Shown here piece by piece: positions 1-11,181 of a stretch of DNA of 64,000 bases (the first letter of the stretch is position 1; every line of letters begins with the position of its first letter). The notes under the pieces were generated by a model that saw only the letters and a list, made by a program, of their open reading frames with translations, ran no database searches and was not told the DNA's origin. The stretch comes from a bacterium (GTDB taxonomy: Bacteria; Electryoneota; Electryoneia; Electryoneales; Electryoneaceae), in assembly GCA_963669175.1 (NCBI GenBank), contig OY769902.1, positions 1,472,001 through 1,536,000 of the forward strand. The letters are read 5' to 3'. Made by a program: the position numbers and the translations under genes.

Positions 1-62
1 TATTCAGCTTTTGCATTTACTTTTATAAGAGTAAAAAAATTGTATTGGAAAGGGACGACATT

Positions 63-452
63 ATGTGGAAACGTATTCTGGTTGTAGACGACGAAGAAGG
101 TATTCGTGATATCCTGACCAAGGCTTTTACCCGTGCGGGTTATGAAGTAAAAACAGCAGCTTCCGCTGAAGACGCCCTGGAGATTCTCAACCAGGAGCTT
201 TATCCACTTCAGATTATTGATTTGCAGCTTCCAGAGATGAACGGGATAGAATTATGCCGCCGAGTGCGTCGTGAGAACCCGACGTCGATGCTGGTTGCCA
301 TTACGGGGTATGCCTCAGTGTTTCAAATTGTCGAGGCTCGCGATGCGGGCTTTGATGACTATTTCCTCAAGCCTTTTAAGGTTGAAGATCTTCTCGAGGC
401 AGCGAAAGATTGTTTCAAAAAGCTGGAACGCTGGCGTAAGACAGCCTCCTGA
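63..452 (+). CDS. Single-domain response regulator (receiver)
   Basis: ILVVDDE...IIDLQLPEMNG...ITG...KPF receiver motifs; ATG at 63 follows AGGGA. Confidence 0.92.
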   Translation: MWKRILVVDDEEGIRDILTKAFTRAGYEVKTAASAEDALEILNQELYPLQIIDLQLPEMNGIELCRRVRRENPTSMLVAITGYASVFQIVEARDAGFDDYFLKPFKVEDLLEAAKDCFKKLERWRKTAS

Positions 453-472
453 TCTGAAGGATTATTCCGAAA

Positions 473-510
473 AAAAAAATCGCCCACCGTCTGGTGGGCG
501 TTTTGTATTT
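473..510. terminator. Bidirectional intrinsic terminator
   Basis: CGCCCACC-GTCT-GGTGGGCG hairpin flanked by A and T runs between convergent genes. Confidence 0.8.
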
Positions 511-525
511 TGAAAACAGATGTAT

Positions 526-984
526 TTACCACATCATGAGATTGCGCCATGCCAGGTTGGCTTGCCGCATCTTGGCGGAAATCGTTTTCGCCAAGGCTTT
601 CATCAGGTGATAACCTACCCGTGGTTGTTCTTCCAGAAAAGCATTCAATTCTGCAAAGGGATAGAAATACAATTCCGATTCTTCTTCCGCCTTGACTGTT
701 GCGCTCCGGGGCGAACCATCAACAAAGGAGACCTCACCGATAATATCGCCTGCGTGGACAGTGTCAATGACTTCTTGTCGTCGGCCTTCGAACGGCATGA
801 GCATGCTGACTGAAACGGCGCCCTTGCTCAGGAAATACAGGTCACGTGACCGGGTCATCTCCGGGATAATAATATCACCGCCCTTGTATTTCTGGAGTTG
901 GGCTAAAGCCATCAATTGTTCTGTCTCTTCTTCGTTGATACCGGATAACCAGCCCTGTTTGTCCAGAATTTCACGCAACTCCAT
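526..984 (-). CDS. Cyclic-nucleotide-binding domain protein (Crp-like, no HTH)
   Basis: GDIIGEVSFVDGSPRSATVKA cNMP motif; start MELREIL after GGAGG. Confidence 0.88.
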   Translation of the reverse strand: MELREILDKQGWLSGINEEETEQLMALAQLQKYKGGDIIIPEMTRSRDLYFLSKGAVSVSMLMPFEGRRQEVIDTVHAGDIIGEVSFVDGSPRSATVKAEEESELYFYPFAELNAFLEEQPRVGYHLMKALAKTISAKMRQANLAWRNLMMW

Positions 985-1189
985 GGAAAATCCTCCGCAT
1001 TTGGGGTTTAAATGAATATAGAAAGTGAAGATTAAGACAACAACCTGAAACGTAAACTTCATAATTGATAAACTCTGTCTCCATCACTCTCGGATTCTTT
1101 CCGCTCAGGCTATATACTACACGCAATACAGGGAACTGATGTCGCCATTATGCGTATCTTTACAAACAAGAGACCTGTCGGAAAAAGAC

Positions 1190-2041
1190 ATGCTTAAAAA
1201 CACTTTTCCAGCCATAGTACTGGCCATCCTCTTCTCATTCGCCTGTTTCTCACGCGTGGAAGCGCAGCGTGTGAATGCTGCGGTTACGGCGAACCTGGAA
1301 CGTCTGCCCCAGGAAAACCAGAATAAGCTGATGGGTCTGGACCGGGTGATTGAAAATTACTTGAACCAGACTGACTGGGGGCCGGACGAATATGATTACG
1401 ACTACTACGTTGATATCGAAGTATTCTTTGAAAAGGTGCAACCGGTCAGTTACGAGGACCGGTACACGGCACGCTTTGTGATTTCAAACCGTAATGACGC
1501 CGTATACAATGACAAACGCTGGGATTTTAAACTGGACACCGGATTCCAGCTAAATTACAGCAACCAGTTCGATTCTTTCCGCAGTATGCTTGATTTCTAC
1601 ATGCAAATGATTCTTGGCCACGAGTATGACAAGGTGAAGAAATTCGGCGGTCAGACCCATTTCGAAGAAGCCAGGCAGATTGCACGTAACGCTCGCTTTT
1701 CCAGCCATTTCTTTAACGGGTGGGATAAAAGAGAAAAACTGGTGGAAGATTATATCGCCCCGGAAAACCAGCATTACCGTTATGTGAATTTTCTGTATTA
1801 TACCGGTGAATGGCTCTATTATGAGGAACGGGACCGTGAAAATGCCAAGCAGTATCTGCTCTATGCGATCAAACAATTGGATCGTGTTCCGGAAGAGGAA
1901 CGGGAGCGTTTCTTCAACTTGAATCATTACAATTTTGCGAATGCCCTTGCGGAGTACCAGGAGTTTTCTTCGTTGAGCCGGATTGCAGCCATGGATCCGG
2001 AACACGCGGAGGTCTATCAGCGCTTGCTTGACAAGCGTTGA
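1190..2041 (+). CDS. DUF4835 / PorD-like exported protein
   Basis: Signal peptide; IENYLNQTDW, FYMQMILGHEYDK..FGG..HF resemble the DUF4835 family. Confidence 0.65.
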   Translation: MLKNTFPAIVLAILFSFACFSRVEAQRVNAAVTANLERLPQENQNKLMGLDRVIENYLNQTDWGPDEYDYDYYVDIEVFFEKVQPVSYEDRYTARFVISNRNDAVYNDKRWDFKLDTGFQLNYSNQFDSFRSMLDFYMQMILGHEYDKVKKFGGQTHFEEARQIARNARFSSHFFNGWDKREKLVEDYIAPENQHYRYVNFLYYTGEWLYYEERDRENAKQYLLYAIKQLDRVPEEERERFFNLNHYNFANALAEYQEFSSLSRIAAMDPEHAEVYQRLLDKR

Positions 2042-2125
2042 TTGGCTATTCTCCAACAACTGGTGGATCGATTTATATGATTCGATCCATCGGAGCCAAC
2101 CAGAAAGTCACAGGGAGAACGATTG

Positions 2126-2581
2126 ATGCAGGCGTTTGAAACCTTGGATGATGTCCTGGCTTTTGCGATAGAACGCGAAGAAGAGGCCGCTCAGTTTTAC
2201 ATGGACATGGCGGATAAATCCGACAACCAGCAGATGAAAGATGTGTTTACTTCATTTGCACGTGAAGAAAAGGCTCACAAGGCGAAGTTGCAGAATGTGC
2301 AGAAAGGAGAAAACCTGACCTCTGCAAGAGAAAAGATTCTGGATCTGAAGATTGCGGATTACCTGGCCGACGTGAACCCGAATGAAGAGCTGACTTATAA
2401 CAAAGCGATCGTTCTTGCCATGAAACGTGAAAAGGCTGCTTTCAAGCTTTACATGATCCTGGCCGAACGTGTGGATGATCCGGAAGTGCAGGTCTTGTTC
2501 CTGGAATTAGCCCAGGAAGAAGCAAAGCATAAACTGCGCTTCGAGCTTGAGTACGACGACCACATCATGCAGGAGAATTAG
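2126..2581 (+). CDS. Rubrerythrin/ferritin-like diiron protein
   Basis: AIEREEEAAQFY, EEKAH, AMKREKAAFKLY, EEAKH diiron motifs. Confidence 0.9.
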   Translation: MQAFETLDDVLAFAIEREEEAAQFYMDMADKSDNQQMKDVFTSFAREEKAHKAKLQNVQKGENLTSAREKILDLKIADYLADVNPNEELTYNKAIVLAMKREKAAFKLYMILAERVDDPEVQVLFLELAQEEAKHKLRFELEYDDHIMQEN

Positions 2582-2613
2582 GCTGCTCCTGCCTGACAGA
2601 TGGATATTTCTAT

Positions 2614-2648
2614 ACACCCTCCCGGGAAAGCCGGGAGGGTGTTTTTCT
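2614..2648. terminator. Intrinsic terminator
   Basis: ACACCCTCCCGG-GAAAG-CCGGGAGGGTGT followed by a T run. Confidence 0.8.
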
Positions 2649-2654
2649 TCCAAG

Positions 2655-5600
2655 TCACTCGTCTGTCTGTAAAAACTGTTCTAAGGATCTCAGGTCGTTT
2701 TTAAACAGATTCGTTTCATCTTGAAGTTCCTCGATCAGGGTGTCCAGACCAGCAGTGTCATGTCGATAGCATTGATCAGAGATTTTCTTTGCAATGGCGG
2801 CAAGGCGTCGCAACTGTAAAAACGCGGCAGAACTTTTGATCCCATGCACTTCAGTGCGCAATACAGCCAGATCCCTGTTCTTAAACGCCTCGATCATTCG
2901 TTCCATCTGCTGTTCCAGTTGCTCGGACTGGATTTGTAACAGATTCAGATAGCCCTCTTGAAAATCCTTTTCCAGTTCTTGAATGCTGAATGTTGAATAG
3001 GTAAGCTTGGCCGCGTTTTTGATATTCGGAGCATGTTTTTCTTTAGAAGCGGCGTGTCCATTGGTCCATTTCTCAATCGTTTTGACCAGGGTGTCACGGC
3101 TGATAGGTTTAGGCACAACATCATTCATGCCAATTGTCATGCACTTGTCAAGTTCTTCGAGATATGTCGTTGCGGTCAGTGCAAGAATAGGCGTTCGCTG
3201 GTTGATATTCGTCGTAGTACGAATCAGGTTGGTCGCTTCAAGGCCATCCATTTCCGGCATCATGACGTCCATCAGAATGATATCATACTTTGTTTCTTTT
3301 GCTGTATCGACAGCCTGCTTTCCGGTTTCGGCCACATCAACTTTGTATCCGGCGGCCATCAGGTGGGTCATCAGGATTTGCTGATTGGGACGATAGTCCT
3401 CAACAAGAAGGATACTGAAAGCATCACTCCGTTTTTTCCGAGTTTTCTTTCCTACCTGGTCAGACTCATCTTCCAATCTGAGAATCTCTGCGCTGTCAGG
3501 TAAATCCAGGGGCATAGTGAACCAGAAAGTACTTCCTTTTCCGATTTCACTTTCCAGGCCCATTTCACCACCCATCTTCTCAACCAGGGATTTGGCGATT
3601 GTCAAACCAAGCCCCGTGCCGCCATGTATCCGTGTCCTGCTTCCTTCAACCTGGAAAAAACTTTCAAACACATCTTGAATTTTATCCTTCGGGATGCCAA
3701 TTCCAGTGTCGGTGACAGACATTTTCAGTGTAGCTTTGCGTTTGCTTATCTTTTTCGCCTGAACATGCAAGGTGACTGATCCTGTTTTGGTGAACTTCAT
3801 GCCATTCCAGATCAAATTGTACAATATCTGCTTGATACGGACAGGATCGCCAACAACCCATTCCGGAACATTGTTGTCTGTAATACAGATAAATTCGAGC
3901 TTGTTCTTCTTGAATTGTGGAGTTAAGACAAGGTTCAACCCCGCGAACAATCGTTTCATGGATATCGTTTTGTAGTTTAATCGTATACTTCCTTCTTTCA
4001 GTTGGATGTGATCTAAAATATCATTTATAATCACAAGAAGATTTTCTGATTCAGAGATTGTTTGTTGTACCATATTCCTGATTTCACTACTCACATTATT
4101 GTCAAGAATGAGTTCTGACAACCCTATGATCGCGGTAAGAGGTGTTCGCAATTCATGGGTTGTGTTTGACAGGAATATCTCTTTTGCTTTATTCGCATCT
4201 TCTGCTTTTTGTTTTGCGTTAATCAAGGCGATTTCTGCCTTTTTCTGCAATGTGGTGTCTCGTCCTACCCCAAGAATATTGACAACCTGGTCAGCGATAA
4301 CAATGCTGGTTAAATTCCATGACATCCAGATCCATTCGCTTTGTGAAAGAACTCTGATTTCAAACGTAACAGACTGTGTTCCTGATACAACCTGCTGAAA
4401 AGCTTCTAAAAACCTGCCACGGTCTTCCGTATAAATAATGGACTCAAACCTGGAGCCGATAGCTTTCTCGGCATTTCCACCAACGGTAGAAATATAGGAA
4501 GGACTGGCAAATCGGATAAGTCCCTTATTATCCAGCGATATAATTATGTCTGTCATGTTTTCGACCAACAAACGGTATTTTTCTTCACTCTCCCGTAATT
4601 TTTTCTCCATCTTAACACGTTCAGTTATATCACGGGTCAACACTCCCAATACATAGCCTTTATCTGTTTTTATAGAAAATGTGGATTGCATTAAAGTTTT
4701 GATGCTGCCGTCTTTGTGAATGATTTGTCCTTCCAGCGCAGGGGTCAGCAGGTCGCCAGTTCCTGTAACAAGAAGTCTTTTCAACTTGACCTTGTGCTCT
4801 TCCAGCCAATCGGAATTTTTCTCTGTTCTGAATTTGGCTGAAATATCCTGAATGTCCCAAAGTTTTTTTCCAAGTACATCTGACCGTTTAACTCCGGAAA
4901 CTCGTTCCTGTGCATCGTTCCACTCGATAATGTTGCCTGTTTCATCGGCCATCATGATGCCTTCAGAGGTCATCTCAATGAATTTTCTGCTCAGTGATTC
5001 ACTTTCCAGTTGCATTAATTCAGCTTTCTTCCGTTCAGTAATATCCGTGATAGTCCCTGCGACAAGCCGTCTCCCTGTATTTTCTTCAGGGATTTTACGA
5101 CCGCGCAACAATACCCACTTGGGTTCAGCAGTGCCGTCCTTAATTCTAAATTCCAGGTTGATTTCGATGATACGTTTATCCTCAAACTGCCTCATCTGTA
5201 GAAGGACAGATTTCCGGTCTTTCTTGAAGATATATCTTTTTAAATCTTTGAAATCTATATAATTGTTCGGCACATTGAAACTAACCAGCTTACACGATTG
5301 ATCATCAATATAGAACTCGCTCGTTCCCAGGTTGACTTCCCAAATGCCTGTTTTTCCTGCTTCAGCGGCCAATGAGTATCGCTTCTGACTTCTCTCGAGA
5401 CGCTTCGTCATTTTTGCTGCTTCTGTGACATCTCGGTTAATACTGACAATGCCACGTATTTTCTTGTCAAAGATCAATGGCTGCATAATGGATTCAAGGC
5501 TTATCAGCTCGCCATATAGTGTCATGAGTCGAAACTCAAAAGGTTCACTTGTTATACCATTCAGGCAGTTAGTGATCTTCTCTTGAACAAGCTCCCGGTC

Positions 5601-6593
5601 TGGCGCATAGATAAGCGGCACCCACTTTTTTCCGATCCATTCTTCCGGAAGGAAAGAGGTTAACCGCTGGAAAGCAGGGCTGATCGAGATGAAGCGGCCT
5701 TCTGTGTCGTTGATGCATATGATATCATTGGCGTTCTCAACAATATTGCGATGCAGCTCTTCACTCTCTTTCAAGGCTTGTTCTGTTTCTTTGCGTTTTG
5801 TGATATCGAGAATAACTCCAACTACCGCTTCATTCTTACCAGATTCGTCGGCCAGTATCGCAGACCAGATACTCAACCATTGGTAGTTTCCGCCTGGACA
5901 TTGCCAACGAAGGTCAAAATGGATTTCTTTTCTGTTTTGATCATGCGCTGCATCTACGATGCTAATGATCTGGTCACGGTCATCTGGATGCACTTTATTC
6001 AGAATATCTGTAACTGTAAAGGAATGCGCTTCTTCCAAGCTGGTGCCAAGGACATGTTGAACAGAGTCGGAAACATAATCAAAACAGTTGGTTGTCAGGT
6101 TAAAACGGAATATGATCTGGGGAGAAGAGGACAGGACTTCGTTGAAGCGTTGTTCAGATTTTCTCTGGTTTACCAGCGCGTTTCGCTGTGCTGTGATATC
6201 ACGTGAGATGCCAGCGACACGATACAGCTTCCCATTCTTGTCAAGGTATGGTTTAACGCGGTCTTCAACGCAGATATAGGAACCATCAGGTTTGCGTATA
6301 CGGAAGGAGGCAGTGGCAATGTTTCCGCTTCTCAGTTCATCCTGGTGATGCTGAATCACGAATCGTTCTTCAGGATGAACCAGGGCTTCCAAAAGGTCAA
6401 ATACATTGTCATTTTTTTTATAGCCGATCAGCTCGAGAAAATTCTGCGATGCCCATTCAAGCTTTAAAATTCCCGTATCCTCAACCTTACACACATAGGA
6501 GTAATCGGCAGAGAGATCCAGCAAATCATGAAGCTGATCCAACGATGATGCTTCCGGATGAATTGAAACAGGCGCCGTGGTTCTTTCTGTCAT
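2655..6593 (-). CDS. Hybrid sensor histidine kinase (about 6 PAS/PAC, HisKA, HATPase, REC, Hpt)
   Basis: Repeated RDIT/DITER PAC ends; THELRTPL H-box; DTGIG, GGTGLGL; ILLVED..DVMMPEMDG receiver; VHGIKSSA Hpt. Confidence 0.95.
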   Translation of the reverse strand: MTERTTAPVSIHPEASSLDQLHDLLDLSADYSYVCKVEDTGILKLEWASQNFLELIGYKKNDNVFDLLEALVHPEERFVIQHHQDELRSGNIATASFRIRKPDGSYICVEDRVKPYLDKNGKLYRVAGISRDITAQRNALVNQRKSEQRFNEVLSSSPQIIFRFNLTTNCFDYVSDSVQHVLGTSLEEAHSFTVTDILNKVHPDDRDQIISIVDAAHDQNRKEIHFDLRWQCPGGNYQWLSIWSAILADESGKNEAVVGVILDITKRKETEQALKESEELHRNIVENANDIICINDTEGRFISISPAFQRLTSFLPEEWIGKKWVPLIYAPDRELVQEKITNCLNGITSEPFEFRLMTLYGELISLESIMQPLIFDKKIRGIVSINRDVTEAAKMTKRLERSQKRYSLAAEAGKTGIWEVNLGTSEFYIDDQSCKLVSFNVPNNYIDFKDLKRYIFKKDRKSVLLQMRQFEDKRIIEINLEFRIKDGTAEPKWVLLRGRKIPEENTGRRLVAGTITDITERKKAELMQLESESLSRKFIEMTSEGIMMADETGNIIEWNDAQERVSGVKRSDVLGKKLWDIQDISAKFRTEKNSDWLEEHKVKLKRLLVTGTGDLLTPALEGQIIHKDGSIKTLMQSTFSIKTDKGYVLGVLTRDITERVKMEKKLRESEEKYRLLVENMTDIIISLDNKGLIRFASPSYISTVGGNAEKAIGSRFESIIYTEDRGRFLEAFQQVVSGTQSVTFEIRVLSQSEWIWMSWNLTSIVIADQVVNILGVGRDTTLQKKAEIALINAKQKAEDANKAKEIFLSNTTHELRTPLTAIIGLSELILDNNVSSEIRNMVQQTISESENLLVIINDILDHIQLKEGSIRLNYKTISMKRLFAGLNLVLTPQFKKNKLEFICITDNNVPEWVVGDPVRIKQILYNLIWNGMKFTKTGSVTLHVQAKKISKRKATLKMSVTDTGIGIPKDKIQDVFESFFQVEGSRTRIHGGTGLGLTIAKSLVEKMGGEMGLESEIGKGSTFWFTMPLDLPDSAEILRLEDESDQVGKKTRKKRSDAFSILLVEDYRPNQQILMTHLMAAGYKVDVAETGKQAVDTAKETKYDIILMDVMMPEMDGLEATNLIRTTTNINQRTPILALTATTYLEELDKCMTIGMNDVVPKPISRDTLVKTIEKWTNGHAASKEKHAPNIKNAAKLTYSTFSIQELEKDFQEGYLNLLQIQSEQLEQQMERMIEAFKNRDLAVLRTEVHGIKSSAAFLQLRRLAAIAKKISDQCYRHDTAGLDTLIEELQDETNLFKNDLRSLEQFLQTDE

Positions 6594-6825
6594 GGCTTAT
6601 ATTCTCCCCACAATTACCACATCTATCGCAATAGGTCTGGAATTTACCTTGGCAATCAATATAACAACAACAGCTCATCAACGCTGCAACAGAAAGCATC
6701 GCAACTCAAAAAATAACATAGCATTAGTAATTTCAAAATATTGGCTCTGAAATATGCTCGTAATCCTCATCTATTGAATATAATGTTGCCAGTTTTATAT
6801 ACATCGTCCTGCTACTTTGTTAAGC

Positions 6826-6868
6826 AAAAAAAAACGTCACCCAATCAACTTACTGATTGAGTGACGAG
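6826..6868 (-). terminator. Terminator after acnA
   Basis: CGTCACCCAATCA...TGATTGAGTGACG hairpin preceded by an A run (U-tract on minus strand). Confidence 0.7.
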
Positions 6869-6891
6869 AAATAAACTGCAAGATCAGAGTC

Positions 6892-9597
6892 TTACATTAG
6901 TTTCCGCAGCACCGTATGCAGAATGCCACCGTTCCGGTAGTACTCCACTTCGACCGGCGTATCGACACGTGCGATCACCGGGATGACCACTTCGGAGCCG
7001 TCCGCCTTGATCACGACCAGTTCGACTTCCTGCAGTGGTTTGAGGTCGTTGGACAAGCCACGCACCGCATAAACTTCCTTGCCGGTGATGCCGTACTTCT
7101 CATAGCTGTCGCCCGGTTTGAACTGCAGGGGCAGCACACCCATGAAGACCAGGTTGGAACGGTGGATACGTTCGAACGATTCCGCAACGACAGCACGAAT
7201 GCCCAGCAGGAAAGTACCCTTGGCTGCCCAGTCACGTGATGAACCGGTGCCATATTCTTTTCCGGCGAAAACGACCAGCGGCACAGCTTCTTCCTTGTAC
7301 TTCATTGCCGCGTCATAGATACTCATCTCTTCGTCGGTGGGCTGGTGACGTGTGTAGCCGCCTTCCGTACCGGGTGCCAGCAAGTTGCGCAAGCGAATAT
7401 TGGCAAAGGTTCCGCGTACCATGACACGGTCATTCCCTCTACGGCTGCCGTAGCTGTTGAACTGTACCGGTTCAACGCCATTTTCAACCAGGTATTTTGC
7501 GGCCGGGCTGTTTTTGCTGATAACACCTGCCGGGCTGATATGGTCGGTCGTAATGGTATCGCCGAGCAAGGCCATGCAACGAGCGTTCTCGATGTCCGCG
7601 ATATCCGGTACGTTCTTGGTCATGCCGACGAAGAACGGCGGTTCCTGGATGTAGGTGGATTCTGCATCCCATGCGTAGATATCGCCACCGGTGACTTCGA
7701 TCCGGTTCCACATCTCGTTGCCGTCCCAGACGTTTCCGTAGCGTTCGCGGAACATGTCCGGATCGAGGAAATCGTTAATCGCCTGGTTGATCTCTGCGTT
7801 GGTCGGCCAGATATCCTTGAGAAACACCTTGTTGCCTTGCGGATCTTGACCGATGGGATCGTTGACCAGGTCAATATCGACAGTGCCGGCCAGGGCGTAC
7901 GCCACAACCAACGGCGGGCTGGCAAGGTAATTACCTTTTGTATGCGGACTGACACGTCCTTCGAAGTTCCGGTTTCCGGAAAGTACGCTGGTCGCGATCA
8001 GGTCGCCATCCTGGATGGCCGCGACTACTTCATCCGGCAGCGGACCACTGTTACCGATGCAGGTCGTGCAACCATACCCTACCACATGGAAACCGAGCTT
8101 CTCCAGGTCACCGATCAATTTGGACTTTTCCAGGTACTCAGTGACAACCTGGCTGCCGGGAGCGAGGGAGGTTTTCACGTATGGTTTAACCGTCAAGCCC
8201 TTCGCCACAGCCTTCCGTGCAACCAGCCCCGCGCCGATCAGTACGCTGGGGTTAGACGTGTTGGTACAACTGGTGATCGCGGCAATGACCACATCGCCGT
8301 GCTTCATGTCCAGCTCGATATCGCCCTTCTTGTATCGTCCGGTGTTGTTCAGCTTCTCAGAGGGATACTCGAAGCCCATTTCCTTTGCCGGTTTGGTTTT
8401 GTCGATGTTGAACTGCTTCTGCATATCGGCAAGGGTGATCCGGTCGGCTGGACGTTTTGGCCCGGCGAGGCTGGGTTGTACGGTACTCAGATCCAGCTCG
8501 AGAACAGCCGTGTATTCCGGTTCCGGCAGGGAGGGGTTGAAGTAGAGCCAGTTGGCCTTTACGTATTGTTCCAGACGCGCGACTTCCTCTTCGTCACGCC
8601 CACTGAAGCGCATATAATCAAATGTCTTCTCATCCATCGGGCAGAAGCCCATGGTCGCGCCGTATTCCGGGGCCATGTTTGCGAGGGTGGCACGGTCCGC
8701 CAGTGTCATCGTTGCGTATCCGGGCCCGAAGTATTCGACGAACTTTCCGACCACGCCATGCTGGCGCAGCATCTGGGTGGCGGTCAGGGTCATGTCGGTG
8801 GCTGTGGCGCCGTCGGGCAGACGTCCGATCAAGCGCATGCCGACCACATCCGGGGTAAGCATGTAAATCGGCTGGCCCAGCATAACCGCTTCCGCTTCAA
8901 TTCCGCCAACACCCCAGCCCAACACGCCGAGGCCGTTGATCATGGTGGAATGGCTGTCAGTGCCGACCAGGGAATCCGGAACCATGACTTTTTCGCCGTC
9001 GATCTCACGCACAAAAACGCCCTTGGCCAGGTATTCCAGGTTTACCTGATGTACAATGCCTGTTGCCGGTGGTACGGCACGGAAATTATCAAACGCCTGG
9101 CCACCCCAACGCAGGAACTCATAGCGTTCGCGGTTGCGTTCAAACTCCTTTTCCGCGTTCTTCTTCAACGCTTCCGGGGAACCGAAGAAGTCTACCTGAA
9201 CCGAGTGGTCGATAACCAGGTCAACCGGAACCTGCGGGTTGATATTTTTAGGATCACCGCCGAGACGGTCCATTGCGCTACGCAGGGCCGCGAGGTCCAC
9301 GACAGCCGGAACGCCGGTGAAGTCCTGCAGAATCACCCGTGCGGGCATGAAGGGGATCTCATCGTGCTGGTCGCCCTTGGCGCTCCAGTTGGCCAGCAGT
9401 TTGACATGATCCTCCGTTACGATGTAATTATCCACATTCCGCAACAACGCCTCAAGCAGCACACGAATAGAATAGGGCAATCGCGCGATTTTACCGACGC
9501 CTTTCTCTTCCAGCGCGTCGAGACGATAGTAGGTTACGGTTCCTTCTGGAATGGTGAGTTGGGATTTTGCTCCGAACACGTCTTGAGTGGCAGCCAT
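6892..9597 (-). CDS. acnA: Aconitate hydratase A
   Basis: [53 protein letters not shown]. Confidence 0.98.
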   Translation of the reverse strand: MAATQDVFGAKSQLTIPEGTVTYYRLDALEEKGVGKIARLPYSIRVLLEALLRNVDNYIVTEDHVKLLANWSAKGDQHDEIPFMPARVILQDFTGVPAVVDLAALRSAMDRLGGDPKNINPQVPVDLVIDHSVQVDFFGSPEALKKNAEKEFERNRERYEFLRWGGQAFDNFRAVPPATGIVHQVNLEYLAKGVFVREIDGEKVMVPDSLVGTDSHSTMINGLGVLGWGVGGIEAEAVMLGQPIYMLTPDVVGMRLIGRLPDGATATDMTLTATQMLRQHGVVGKFVEYFGPGYATMTLADRATLANMAPEYGATMGFCPMDEKTFDYMRFSGRDEEEVARLEQYVKANWLYFNPSLPEPEYTAVLELDLSTVQPSLAGPKRPADRITLADMQKQFNIDKTKPAKEMGFEYPSEKLNNTGRYKKGDIELDMKHGDVVIAAITSCTNTSNPSVLIGAGLVARKAVAKGLTVKPYVKTSLAPGSQVVTEYLEKSKLIGDLEKLGFHVVGYGCTTCIGNSGPLPDEVVAAIQDGDLIATSVLSGNRNFEGRVSPHTKGNYLASPPLVVAYALAGTVDIDLVNDPIGQDPQGNKVFLKDIWPTNAEINQAINDFLDPDMFRERYGNVWDGNEMWNRIEVTGGDIYAWDAESTYIQEPPFFVGMTKNVPDIADIENARCMALLGDTITTDHISPAGVISKNSPAAKYLVENGVEPVQFNSYGSRRGNDRVMVRGTFANIRLRNLLAPGTEGGYTRHQPTDEEMSIYDAAMKYKEEAVPLVVFAGKEYGTGSSRDWAAKGTFLLGIRAVVAESFERIHRSNLVFMGVLPLQFKPGDSYEKYGITGKEVYAVRGLSNDLKPLQEVELVVIKADGSEVVIPVIARVDTPVEVEYYRNGGILHTVLRKLM

Positions 9598-9941
9598 ACG
9601 TTGCTCCCCGAGGTTGGATGGATGAAGCAATCTTTATCTGCGCACGTGTGGTGCGCGATATCCCGCAACAGCGGGATGAATCAGGTCCAATATAGGTTGT
9701 ATCCTGTTCTTCAAAGCCGCGAACTCCGGAAAGAAAAGATAAGCTCAGCCGGGGGGATGGACAAGGTGAGGTATCTCTAAACTGGATGCGGAAAAAGGAT
9801 GCGGAGCAGTCAGGCAATGGTCCACTAGATTCATCGTGCCGTACTGATGGCTTGAATATCCTCACCTGAATACCGCTATCATCCTGTTCATTGAGGAATC
9901 GTTATTGAGGAATCGTTTGCGAGAATACTACAACTCAAGGT

Positions 9942-10032
9942 GTGTGGCCCGGTGTGCTTGCACCCGGGCGGTTGTAAGCAGATCATTCTGAAAGGCATTA
10001 CAAAGCCCGGGTGCAAGCACACCGGGCCACAC
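9942..10032. repeat. REP doublet (REPIN) of GTRG-type palindromes
   Basis: GTGTGGCCCGGTGTGCTTGCACCCGGGC and its exact inverse 35 nt downstream; another copy at 35593-35619. Confidence 0.85.
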
Positions 10033-10081
10033 GTCTGTGAATGCAGAAGAATGAACCAAATTCTGAAAAATGTTTATGTCC

Positions 10082-10738
10082 CTACACAAACTCCAGTTCA
10101 ATCTCCTGTTTTCCGGCCTGGAACAGGATCAGGGCCTGGAAAATATCAGCCACCATTATGACCAACCCACCCAACGGCGCGAGTATAACCGTACACATCA
10201 GGCTGGCTCCGACAATCGTAGTATAAGCCATCACTTTTTTGTATCCGTTCAACTCGTCAGGAATGCGCAGAAGACGTACGCCAAACATGATACTCAAAAC
10301 ACCGGCAGGGATTACCAACATGAACAGGATAGCAAGGATGGGAAGCATAAAGCTGATCGCTTCCTTCTTTGACAGATGATCAAAATCAACTACAGTCTGT
10401 ACCCCGGCCATGACGATGCCGAATACGCTTGCGGCAACAAACATGACAATGATCGCTGTAATCAGGACATCCACATCATGGAAATCAAACAGATCATGTA
10501 ACATACGCTTGAACCAGAGGATGCCATATATCGTACACCAAACCTGGGCAATGGCAAGTAACAGCAGGAGAGGAAGGAGGAACATGCTTTCCTGCATCCC
10601 GGCAAGGTTGGCAAACACTCTTAACCCGGTAAACACTGCTGTCAGGATCACAGAAATAATGGTCGCCCACCCGGCTTTCTCGTATTGTGCAGCATGCATA
10701 GTTTTTCCTCCTCCATCTGTTCCTTGTGGCTCGGACAT
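10082..10738 (-). CDS. Integral membrane protein (about 5-6 TM), co-transcribed with Xre regulator
   Basis: Hydrophobic segments; 29 nt downstream of the HTH gene. Confidence 0.8.
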   Translation of the reverse strand: MSEPQGTDGGGKTMHAAQYEKAGWATIISVILTAVFTGLRVFANLAGMQESMFLLPLLLLLAIAQVWCTIYGILWFKRMLHDLFDFHDVDVLITAIIVMFVAASVFGIVMAGVQTVVDFDHLSKKEAISFMLPILAILFMLVIPAGVLSIMFGVRLLRIPDELNGYKKVMAYTTIVGASLMCTVILAPLGGLVIMVADIFQALILFQAGKQEIELEFV

Positions 10739-10767
10739 GATGGTTCCCCCTCGTTCTGACTGATCAC

Positions 10768-10980
10768 TCAGACAAAATCAGGCACGTATTCCAGGAGGTC
10801 GCCCGGCTGACACTCCAGCTCACGGCAAATCCCTTCCAGGGTGCTGAAACGGATGCCCTTGACCCGTCCTGTCTTCAACAACGACAGGTTGGTCACCGAT
10901 ATGCCGACACGCTCGGACAATTCAGTCAGGGTCATCTTCCGTTGGACCAGGATCAGGTCCAGTTTTACCTCGATAGCCAT
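10768..10980 (-). CDS. Cro/C1-type HTH regulator (YozG/HTH_26)
   Basis: MTLTELSERVGISVTNLSLLKTGRVKGIRFSTLEGICRELECQPGDLLEY. Confidence 0.93.
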   Translation of the reverse strand: MAIEVKLDLILVQRKMTLTELSERVGISVTNLSLLKTGRVKGIRFSTLEGICRELECQPGDLLEYVPDFV

Positions 10981-10985
10981 GGTTC

Positions 10986-11041
10986 AAGATAGCTCGTGTT
11001 TTTACGAAAGTCAAGGATTTTTTTATGTAAAACATAAAAAC
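10986..11041 (-). promoter_or_regulatory. sigma70 promoter (probably leaderless) with palindromic operator
   Basis: TTGACT-17 nt-TATCTT, 5 nt before ATG; palindrome TTTTTATG-N5-CATAAAAA just upstream. Confidence 0.6.
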
Positions 11042-11181
11042 TTTTACCTCTGGCATGGTAAGAAGAATTGTAAAGGAATACAAAACTTCGAGATTCTGGC
11101 GTAGTGAAAATGTGATGCAGCTCTCATGGACCCACCCTGCATTCAGGGGTATCTTGTTTGCACACCTACTGGGGAGGTCTC

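Noticed and set aside
7345-9780. 811-aa + strand ORF
   Set aside because: Antisense shadow of acnA caused by codon bias; no recognisable motifs.
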